Source: an uncultured Gammaproteobacteria bacterium
Lineage (GTDB): Bacteria > Pseudomonadota > Gammaproteobacteria > Xanthomonadales > Rhodanobacteraceae
DNA: 64,000 bases
NCBI GenBank assembly: GCA_963772435.1
Contig: CAVYXI010000018.1
Coordinates: 607,793-671,792, forward strand
Reading direction: 5' to 3'
A model generated the notes under the pieces. That model was not told where the DNA came from, searched no databases, and worked only from the letters and a program-made list of their open reading frames with translations. Below, one piece after another: positions 47,670 to 56,371 of this stretch (the stretch's first letter is position 1; every line of letters starts with the position of its first letter). A program made the translations under genes and the position numbers.

Positions 47670-47979
47670 TGACCCCATCGCCGGCAAGGACGCTGGCGGT
47701 AACCCGTTTTCCGCAGGCGGTCGTGAACGAGATCGGTACCGCAGGGTACCGTGTTACGGCGATCACGGCTCGCTGTCCGGCACATTGCCTCCCTAGGGCA
47801 GCACGGACTTTGCACGGACTGCAAATCAGGCTGGCACGACCGCCTGCGGAATCTTCCCCGGAGACATCGCGGCCACCGTCACAACGATGGCGGCCACAGG
47901 GCTCAGGCGCCCCGCCGCAAGGCGGGCGTCGCGCCCTTCCCTCAGCGACGGCGCCCGCCACGGCCCGTCTCGCCGCAGA

Positions 47980-49500
47980 ATGAGCCTCGCGATCGTCCAC
48001 AGCCGCGCCCAGGATGGCGTTTCGGCGCCGGCCGTGACGGTCGAGGTGCACCTTTCTGGCGGATTGCCGGGCACATCGATCGTCGGACTGCCCGAAACGG
48101 CGGTGAAGGAAGCCCGCGATCGCGTGCGCGTGGCGATCCAGAATGCACAGATCGACTACCCGGCGCGGCGCGTCACCGTGAGCCTCGCGCCGGCCGATCT
48201 GCCGAAGGACGGCGGCCGTTTCGACCTGCCGATCGCGCTCGGCATTCTCGCCGCAGCGGGCCATCTGCCGAAGGAAAGCCTCGTCCATCACGAGTTTCTT
48301 GGCGAACTCGCGCTGTCGGGCGAGCTGCGCGCGGTCAGCGGCGTGCTGCCGGCGGCGATCAAGGCGGCGCGCGCGGGGCGCGCGCTGATCGTGCCGAAGG
48401 CGAACGGCGCCGAGGCCGCACTCGTTTCGGCGGCGGACGTGCGTGCCGCCGATTCACTGCTCGACGTGCTCGCCTTCCTGCGCGGCGCGGGCAGCCTGCC
48501 CGAGGCGCGTGCAGACCAAGCCGTCGACGAGCACCCCTCGGACGCATCGGCCGGCTATCCCGATCTTGCCGACGTGCGCGGGCAGCCGCACGCACGGCGC
48601 GCGCTCGAGATCGCCGCGGCCGGCGGGCATCACCTGCTTTTCGTCGGCCCGCCCGGCACCGGCAAGACGATGCTCGCGAGCCGCTTGCCCGGCATCCTTC
48701 CGGAACTGAGCGAGGAAGAGGCGCTCGAGGCCGCCGCGATACGCTCGGTCGCGGGACAGGGGATCGACTTTCGCTCGTGGCGGCAACGCCCGTTCCGCGC
48801 ACCGCACCACACGGCCTCGGCCGTCGCGCTCGTCGGCGGCGGCTCGGTGCCGCGGCCCGGCGAGATCTCGCTCGCGCACCGCGGCGTGCTGTTTCTCGAC
48901 GAGCTGCCCGAATTCGATCGGCACGTGCTCGACGTGTTGCGGCAGCCGCTCGAATCGGGACAGATTGCGATTTCCCGCGCCGCGCGCCAGGCCGAATTTC
49001 CCGCGGCGTTCCAGCTCGTGGCGGCGATGAACCCCTGTCCGTGCGGGTATGCAGGCGACACGTCGGGGCGCTGCGCGTGCTCGCCCGATGCGATCCGCCG
49101 ATATCGTGCGCGCGTGTCCGGGCCATTGCTCGACCGCATCGACATGCAGGTCGAAGTACCGCGTATCGCCCTCGCCGAACTCGGCAACGAAGGCGGCGGC
49201 GGCGAATCGAGTTCGACGGTGCGTGAACGCGTCGCCGCCGCGCGTAACGTGCAGATGCGGCGCGCCGACAAACCCAACGCGGCCTTGCGCCACCGCGAAG
49301 TGCAGCGCGACTGCGCAATCCAACCGCAAGACCGCGCGCTGCTCGAGCGCGCGCTCGACAAGCTCGGCCTTTCCGCGCGCGCCTACCAGCGCATCGTTCG
49401 CGTCGCGCGCACGATCGCCGACCTCGCGGGCACCGAGGCGATCGGCACGATGCATCTGACCGAAGCGATTCAGTACCGGCGGCTCGGGGCGCAACGCTGA
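47980..49500 (+). CDS. comM: YifB/ComM family Mg-chelatase-like AAA+ ATPase
   Basis: Walker A GPPGTGKT is present. An N-terminal Lon-like domain and a C-terminal ChlI-like domain are present. The ORF is intact. Confidence 0.9.
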   Translation: MSLAIVHSRAQDGVSAPAVTVEVHLSGGLPGTSIVGLPETAVKEARDRVRVAIQNAQIDYPARRVTVSLAPADLPKDGGRFDLPIALGILAAAGHLPKESLVHHEFLGELALSGELRAVSGVLPAAIKAARAGRALIVPKANGAEAALVSAADVRAADSLLDVLAFLRGAGSLPEARADQAVDEHPSDASAGYPDLADVRGQPHARRALEIAAAGGHHLLFVGPPGTGKTMLASRLPGILPELSEEEALEAAAIRSVAGQGIDFRSWRQRPFRAPHHTASAVALVGGGSVPRPGEISLAHRGVLFLDELPEFDRHVLDVLRQPLESGQIAISRAARQAEFPAAFQLVAAMNPCPCGYAGDTSGRCACSPDAIRRYRARVSGPLLDRIDMQVEVPRIALAELGNEGGGGESSSTVRERVAAARNVQMRRADKPNAALRHREVQRDCAIQPQDRALLERALDKLGLSARAYQRIVRVARTIADLAGTEAIGTMHLTEAIQYRRLGAQR

Positions 49501-49511
49501 GAGAGATTTTG

Positions 49512-49676
49512 GACGCGGATTGCGATTGACGCGGATACAACGCGATTCGAGAAATATCCATGGGTGTCGGCCTGAGCGCGCGCGGTCTCGCTTCAGACGC
49601 ACCCTTTCCAGTTCTTGTTTCTTCGGTTTTGTTGTTGCAATTTCTCAATCCGCGTTTATCCGCGTTAATCCGCGTC
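49512..49676. promoter_or_regulatory. array of short direct repeats in the comM–xdhC intergenic region: 2× GACGCGGAT (49512-49536) and 3× ATCCGCGT at exact 10-bp spacing (49648-49676), in inverted orientation
   Basis: This is read directly in the sequence. It lies 40-200 bp upstream of the xdhC ATG. The imperfect palindrome GCGCAAAGCGCTTGCGC abuts the start. Confidence 0.5.
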
Positions 49677-49723
49677 AACGCTTTTCCGATCGCCGCGCAA
49701 AGCGCTTGCGCTAACATGGCGAG

Positions 49724-50802
49724 ATGTCCGCAACCCACTCGAATTCCCAAAATGGCGGCCTGCGCGGTCTGCTCGATACGTTGTGGCGCATCCACACGCA
49801 CGAGCAGAGTGCGGTGCTCGGCGTCGTGATCGCCACGGAGGGATCGACGTATCGCAAGCCGGGTGCGCTCGTGCTGCTCGATCAGACGGGGCTGCGTCAC
49901 GGCGTGATCAGCGGCGGCTGTCTCGAGCCTGCGCTCGAGGACGCGGCGCGCGCCGTGCACGCCAGCGGCAAGGCGAGCAGCGTCGAATTCGATACGCGCA
50001 GCGACGAAGACCTGCTGTTCGGCAGCGGCACGGGCTGCCGCGGCCGCGTGCGCCTGCTGCTGCTGCCATTGCCGCCGCGCGGCGCGCTGACGCGCGCGCT
50101 GTTCGCCGTACTCGAGAAAAGCGTCGCGCTCGAACTGTCGCTCGTCGCCGAAGGCGCCGGGGGCGCCGATGCCGATATTGGCGCCGGCACGGCGGCATTC
50201 GCCGGAGACGGCGCGCCGCAAGCGCACTACGCCTGGGACGCGATGGGCCACGCCGCCAGCACTGTCGCCGCCGCGACGCTGCGCGTGCGCATCGCGCCAC
50301 CGCCGCAATTGTTGCTGCTCGGCGCCGGCCCCGAGACGGGACCGCTCGCCGAGTTCGCGCGCCGGCTCGGCTGGTTCGTCAGCGTCGTCGAGCATCGCGG
50401 ACGCTGGGCCGATTTTGCGCGAGCCGCGCAGGTCGATCGCCTCATCGAGCTCGCTCCCGACGCCGCCGCCACGGAACTCGCGAATGAACGACCCGATGTC
50501 GCGATCGTCATGAGCCACAACTACGCGACTCGACCTCGCCTGGCTGCGGCATTGCGCCGACAGCGACGTGGGCTACATCGGGCTCCTCGGTCCCGCTGCG
50601 CGTCGCGACGCGTTGCTTGCCGAACTCGATGCGCCTCGCCGGCGAGCGCCTGCGCAGCCGCCTGCACGCACCGGTCGGCCTCGATCTCGGCGGCCACGGC
50701 GGCGAAGTCGTGGCCCTGGCCATCGCCGCGGAGCTGCAGCAGCATTTTGCGCGCGCGGGCGCCGCGACGGCCGTCGTCATCGCGTTCGCCGAACATGCCT
50801 GA
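49724..50802 (+). CDS. xdhC: XdhC/CoxI family molybdoenzyme maturation factor; frameshift near 50520
   Basis: The XdhC_CoxI N-terminal domain is …VLGVVIATEGSTYRKPGA…. A Rossmann XdhC_C domain (LLLLGAGPE…) is present. The C-terminal 60 aa are in ORF 50617-50802. Confidence 0.75.
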
Positions 50803-51401
50803 AAAGATCGTGTCCGGGGTCGGCGCGCCGGCGCACGGCGTGGTCGTGCTCGCCGCGGGCGCTTCGTCGCGGCTCGGGCGCAACAAGCTGCTTGCTGCGA
50901 CACGACGGCGAGGCGCTCGTTCGCCGCGCTGCACGGCTCGCGCTCGTTACGGGACCGCGCGACGCGGTGATCGTGCTCGGCGACGAAGGCGATACGGTAT
51001 TCGCAGAACTTCGCGGCCTTCTGATCCGCCGCGTCGACTGCGCTAACTGGCGCGAGGGCATGAGCGCCTCGCTGCATGCGGGACTCGCCGCACTCACGGA
51101 CGAATGCGCCGGCGCGCTCGTCGTCGTTTGCGACCAGCCCGCGCTCGAGGCTTCGCATCTCCTGGCGCTGTGCGCCGCCTGGCGGGCCGCGCCCCAAGGT
51201 GCGGCGGCGTCGCAGTATGCGGGCAGGCTCGGCGTGCCCGCGCTGCTGCCGCGCGCCTGGTTCTCCGCACTGGCCGCCAGCGGCGACCGCGGTGCGCGCG
51301 AACTCCTCGCCGAGCGACACGCACGAATTTCGTCGATCACGAACGAAGCGCTCGCGATCGACGTCGATCGCATCGAGGATCTCGCCGCGCTGCGCGATTG
51401 A
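50795..51401 (+). CDS. mocA: molybdenum cofactor cytidylyltransferase MocA-like nucleotidyltransferase; frameshift near 50890
   Basis: …[17 protein letters not shown] is the MobA/MocA-type NTP-transferase motif. The ATG overlaps the xdhC stop. The remainder is in frame 50568-51401. Confidence 0.7.
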
Positions 51402-51705
51402 TCAGCGGCACGTGCGCACGACGATCGGTCGCCGAGGGCGCGGCGCAACGCTATGCGAATGCGGCGACGTTAAGAAGATTTCATGTCCGCCCGCTGGATT
51501 CGCCTGCCCGCGAGGAGTACGCTCGAATGCCTCCGGTGCCTGTACCGATTCCGTTCCGATGACGACCGTCTGCGACATTGCAGCGACGCGTCGAATCGCA
51601 GGCACCACGCCGCCACCGGCGCGCAGACTTTCCAGCCCGAATGTGCTCAACCCGACGGGCGCACACATTCAGAATTCCAGAACGGATCCCCAAACGAGGT
51701 GCTGC

Positions 51706-52194
51706 ATGAAGCTTTCCGTCAACGGACAAGAACACGATGTGGATGTGACTCCCGACATGCCGCTGCTGTGGGTGCTGCGCGACGTGATCGGACTCACCGG
51801 CACGAAATTCGGCTGCGGCATGGCGCAGTGCGGCGCCTGCACGGTGCATGTCGACGGCGCGGCGATACGTTCGTGCGTGACGCCGGCGGTCGCACTCGCG
51901 GGCAAGCAGATCACGACGATCGAGGGCCTCTCGAAGGACGGCGAGCACCCGGTGCAGCGCGCCTGGATCGAGGCCGATGTCGTGCAATGCGGCTACTGCC
52001 AGTCCGGTCAGGTCATGGCCGCCGCGGCACTGCTCAAGCAGAAACCGGCGCCGACCGACGCCGACATCGACTCCGCGATGAGCGGCAATATCTGCCGCTG
52101 CGGCACCTACCAGCGCATTCGCGCGGGCGTGCACCGCGCGGCCGAATTGATGAAGCAGGCAAGCCTGACCGAGGAGGCGAGCCATGTGGCCTAA
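51706..52194 (+). CDS. (2Fe-2S)-binding small subunit of an aldehyde oxidoreductase / isoquinoline 1-oxidoreductase-type molybdoenzyme
   Basis: Two 2Fe-2S Cys clusters are present ([11 protein letters not shown] and CGYCQSG…CRCGTY). A gagg RBS precedes the start. The ORF is intact. Confidence 0.9.
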   Translation: MKLSVNGQEHDVDVTPDMPLLWVLRDVIGLTGTKFGCGMAQCGACTVHVDGAAIRSCVTPAVALAGKQITTIEGLSKDGEHPVQRAWIEADVVQCGYCQSGQVMAAAALLKQKPAPTDADIDSAMSGNICRCGTYQRIRAGVHRAAELMKQASLTEEASHVA

Positions 52195-54449
52195 TCTGAT
52201 CAATCAGGGCAATGTCGACCTCGCCGAAGTGGTCGAGGAACTCGGCAAGACGGTGTCGCTCGATCGCGGATCGGCGCAAGCCGCACCGAACGCCGCGGCG
52301 AATCCACGCCGCGATTTTCTCAAGTCGACCGCGACGATTTCCGCCGGCCTCGTGATCGCCTGCTTCGTGCCGCTCGGCGCGCGCCGCGCGTTCGCCGAAG
52401 CGAAGGGGTCCGACGCGCTGCCGCTGTCGTACCACCGAACGCCTTCGTACGCATCGCGCCCGACAACAGCGTGACCGTGCTGCTCAAGCACTCGGAGATG
52501 GGCCAGGGCGTGTGGACGTCGATTCCGATGGTCGTCGCCGAGGAACTCGACTGCGACTGGTCGAAGGTACAGGTCGAGCACGCACCGGCCGCGCCCGAAT
52601 ACGCGCACACCGCGTTCGGCATCCAGATGACTGGCGGCTCGACGAGCACGTGGGAGTCGTTCGACCAGCTGCGTCAGGCCGGCGCGATGGCGCGCGCGCT
52701 GCTGATCGGGCGGCGGCGCAGAAGTGGAACTGACAAGCCGCCGACTGCCGCACCGAGAATGGTTTCGTCGTCTGCGGCGACGCACCAGGCGAGCTATGGC
52801 GAACTCGCCGAGGCGGCGGCGAAGCTGCCGCTGCCCGGCGATCGTCACGCTCAAGGATCGCGAAGGATTTCCGCGTCATCGGCAAGCCGACGAAGCGGCT
52901 CGACAGCAAGGCCAAGGTCACCGGCAAGGCCGAGTTCGGCATCGACGTGAAGCGGCCGAACATGGTCGTCGCGGTCGTCGCGCGCGCGCCCGTGTTCGGC
53001 GCGAAGGTGAAATCGTTCGACGCGAGCAAGGCCAAGGCCGTCGCGGGCGTCGTCGACGTCGTGCAGGTGCCGACCGGCGTCGCAGTGCTCGGCAAGCACT
53101 TCTGGGCGGCCAAGCAGGGTCGCGATGCGCTCGTGATCGACTGGGACCTCGGCCCCGGCGCCGCGATCTCGACGGCCGCGCTGCGCGATGACTACCGCAA
53201 GCAGGCACAGACGGTCGGCGCGGTCGCGAAGACGGCCGGCGATGTCGACGCGGCGTTCAAAGGGACGGCCAAGGTCATCGAAGCCGAATACGAAGTGCCA
53301 TTCCTCGCGCACGCGCCGATGGAGCCCGAGAACTGCACCGTCGAGATCGGCAAGGACGGCGCGGACATCTACACCGGCACGCAGTTCCAGACCTTCGACC
53401 AGATGCTGTCGGCGAAGATTCTCGGCCTCAAGCCCGAACAGGTGCGCATCCACACGACGTTCCTCGGCGGCGGCTTCGGCCGGCGCGCGAATCCGACCTG
53501 CGACTACGTGACCGAAGCGGTCGAGGTCGCGAAGGCGTCGGGCAAGACCGTGAAGGTGGTCTGGACGCGCGAGGACGACATCCACGGCGGCTACTACCGC
53601 CCGATGTGGCTCTCGCGCGTGCGCGCGACCCTGGGCAAGGACGGCAAGCCCGCGGCGTGGGCGCACTCGATCGTCGGCCAGTCGATCATCGCCGGCACGC
53701 CGTTCGCGCCGATGATGATCAAGGACGGCGTCGACACGACGAGCGTCGAGGGCGCCGCCGACTCGCCGTATCTCGAAAGCGTGCCGGTGCATCGCGTCGA
53801 CCTGCATTCGCCGACGAGTCCGATCTCCGTGCTGTGGTGGCGCTCGGTCGGCCACTCGCATACGGGCTTCGTCGTCGAGAGCTTCGTCGACGAGCTCGCG
53901 CACGCGGCCAGGCAGGATCCGCTCAAGTACCGGCGCGCGCTGCTGCCCGAGAAGTCGCGCGAACGCCTCGCGCTCGACCTCGCCGCCGAGAAGTTCGGCT
54001 GGGGCAAGCCGCTGCCGAAAGGTCACGCGGCCGGCATCGCCGTGCACCAGTCGTTCGGCAGCTATGTCGCGCAGATCGCGGAAGTGTCGGTCGACGACAA
54101 GAAGCAGATCCGCGTGCATCGCGTCGTCTGCGCGATCGACTGCGGCCCGGTCGTCAATCCGCTCACGGTCGAGGCGCAGATGCAGTCAGGCATCGACTTC
54201 GGCCTGTCCGCCGCGCTGCATTCCGAACTGACGTTCAAGGACGGCAAGCCCGAGCAAAGCAATTTCCACAACTACACCGTGCTGCGCCTCAACGAGGCGC
54301 CGCACATCGAGGTGCACATCGTGCCGAGCACCGACAAGATGGGCGGCTGCGGCGAACCCGGCACGCCGCCGATCGCGCCGGCCGTGGCGAATGCGGTGTT
54401 TGCGGCGACGGGGCAGCGGTTGCGGAAGCTGCCTTTGCGGATCGCGTAA
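52184..54449 (+). CDS. molybdopterin-binding large subunit of the same oxidoreductase (IorB-like), Tat signal; about 3 frameshifts
   Basis: The Tat motif is [18 protein letters not shown]. The Mo-pterin dehydrogenase body is in ORFs 52471-52950 and 52947-54449 (…FLGGGFGRR…). Confidence 0.8.
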
Positions 54450-54469
54450 TCGCGAGGAGTCGAACCGTA

Positions 54470-54499
54470 GGTTGGGGTGGGCAAGCGCGAACCCCAACC
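54470..54499. terminator. 9-bp-stem hairpin GGTTGGGGT-N12-ACCCCAACC between the convergent iorB-like and SagB-type dehydrogenase genes
   Basis: This is a perfect inverted repeat read in the sequence, and it separates two convergent genes. There is no T-tract, so it may be a bidirectional or Rho-assisted terminator. Confidence 0.4.
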
Positions 54500-54551
54500 C
54501 TTCGGAACAGCATCGTCCGAGCGGAGCTAGCACGCTCGACTCAACCGGCGA

Positions 54552-55817
54552 TTACTCCGGCTGCGCGACACCGTCAGGCCACACTTTTCGATTCGGATCG
54601 AACTCGAACGTTTCGCACTCGGGTCCGCGGTGACCGAAGCCGACAACGGCAAGCGGACTTTCAACGAGCGGGTCGAGGCCGAAAGCCTGCTCGACGTCGA
54701 TCTCGTTCATCGCTGCCGTGATAAATGCACCCAGACCAAACTCGGTCGCCGAGATGTAGAGCGTTTGCGAGAGGTGTCCCACGTCCAGAATTGCAACGCG
54801 ATAGGCCTTGTTGTGGTTGCGGTATTTCCAGAACGTGCGCGGAAAGCGCGATGCGAGAACGATCATCACCGGCGCGTTCATGTAGTAATGCTGCGCTGCG
54901 ACCATGAGCCGCGCGAGCACTGTTAAGTCGCCATCCTGCGGCGGCGACAGAGGCTCCAGCGCGTGATCGATCGTGTGGTAGTGATATAGCCCCGGCGCGA
55001 TGCCATCGACGCGCTGCACGAGGAGATATGCCTCTGTCGGATGCAGACCGCCGCCGGACGGACTCGTGCGCTTGATGACAACGTTGTCCGCGTGAATTTC
55101 GTATGCCGCCTGCGCGCCGAATACGCGGCGCATGATATGCGAAAAAGTTGCGCTGTCGAGACTCTTCGACGAATCGAAATTGCGGCAGGTCGCACGACGC
55201 GCAAGCAGGTCGTCGATCGCCGTAGGTTCCGTCTGCGGAAGGGCAATGCGCGCCGCAGGCGGCCCGCAATCGAGCACGTGCGATGGCGGCTGACCAAGAC
55301 GCTCGAACAGCTCCGTCATCGAACAAAGGCTTGCATTGATAGTATCTTCGCCGGAAAGAACACCGCGCCAGCGACCGAAGTAATGCGATACCGCAGAGTG
55401 CGCCTGCCAGTTGCCGTCTCGCAATAGGTCATCGCGCGCACGCATATCGGACGATGCTTCGTCGTCGCCTATCAGCAGCCCTTTGGCCAACAAATCACGA
55501 ATCAGTTCCTCGCCGAAGCGCGTTGCGAGGCCATCGAATTCCGTCCAGTGCGCCGCAACCAGATTGCGGAGTAGATTTGCTTCGGCGTCCGTCACACCGA
55601 CTTCCTTGCCCAGATGCGGCGCCAGAGCTAGAAGCTCGATACGCGCATCTAGTCCATCGCCACCATGGGCGAGCGACTCCAAACTGAATTCGAGTTTCTC
55701 GCGAGGCTCGAGAAGCAAGATGGCACAACGTTTTATTCGCACGGGCAGACATTCCGATGACTCGGCGCGCAAGTTTCGCACGATACTGCCCACTGACAGC
55801 TGACTTCGCTTTGGCAT
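54552..55817 (-). CDS. SagB/ThcOx-type FMN dehydrogenase ('putative peptide maturation dehydrogenase')
   Basis: It has the nitroreductase-fold SagB signature [16 protein letters not shown]. The ORF is intact and encodes 421 aa (start MPKRSQLS; MRLSLRAR 42 bp upstream is an alternative). It is divergent from the small precursor-like gene. Confidence 0.8.
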   Translation of the reverse strand: MPKRSQLSVGSIVRNLRAESSECLPVRIKRCAILLLEPREKLEFSLESLAHGGDGLDARIELLALAPHLGKEVGVTDAEANLLRNLVAAHWTEFDGLATRFGEELIRDLLAKGLLIGDDEASSDMRARDDLLRDGNWQAHSAVSHYFGRWRGVLSGEDTINASLCSMTELFERLGQPPSHVLDCGPPAARIALPQTEPTAIDDLLARRATCRNFDSSKSLDSATFSHIMRRVFGAQAAYEIHADNVVIKRTSPSGGGLHPTEAYLLVQRVDGIAPGLYHYHTIDHALEPLSPPQDGDLTVLARLMVAAQHYYMNAPVMIVLASRFPRTFWKYRNHNKAYRVAILDVGHLSQTLYISATEFGLGAFITAAMNEIDVEQAFGLDPLVESPLAVVGFGHRGPECETFEFDPNRKVWPDGVAQPE

Positions 55818-56094
55818 TGCGATCTGTCGGCGCACCCGAGCCCGAAGCGACAGCCGCATGCCTTGCTGTGTCCAGGTTGTCGGACAAAGCAATCATCAAG
55901 CAAGTGCACAGGTGCTGACCGATATGCTGCTGGCGACCATGGGCTACCAACCCCACAAACCTCAGGCCAATTAGCAGCGGCTCCGACTCGCCTTGCGGTG
56001 CAAAGTCGATCGGCCATTCCCAAGCAAGTTGTTGCGCGAATCGGCGCTAGGTACACTGCTGGCGCACGCATCGTGCGGCCTCTTTGGGGGATTT

Positions 56095-56361
56095 ATGGCA
56101 GGGACAAAACTGACACCGGATCTGGTCGACAAGCTGCTGGACAAACTCGCGACCGACGATTCGTTTCGCGAAGCGTTCGACAAAGATCCGACTTCTGCGA
56201 TGCATCAAATCGGCGCGCCGAAGGATTTTGATTGCGGGATCTGCACACGACCCGAGCCGATGGCTTCGAAGGAGCAGTTCAGACGTAGCCGCGACGCGTT
56301 CCGTCAAACATTGCTCGGCCAAACCGCACTCAGCGTCTTCACGCTGAAAACGCCGCGATAG
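56095..56361 (+). CDS. 88-aa putative modified-peptide precursor (Nif11/NHLP-like leader)
   Basis: A strong RBS tgggggat precedes the ATG. The leader MAGTKLTPDLVDKLLDKLATDDSFREAFDKDPTSAMHQIGA resembles Nif11/NHLP leaders. The core begins PKDFDCGICTRPEPM…. The gene is flanked by the SagB-type dehydrogenase and the cyclase-TPR gene. Confidence 0.7.
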   Translation: MAGTKLTPDLVDKLLDKLATDDSFREAFDKDPTSAMHQIGAPKDFDCGICTRPEPMASKEQFRRSRDAFRQTLLGQTALSVFTLKTPR

Positions 56362-56371
56362 GCATTGACGA

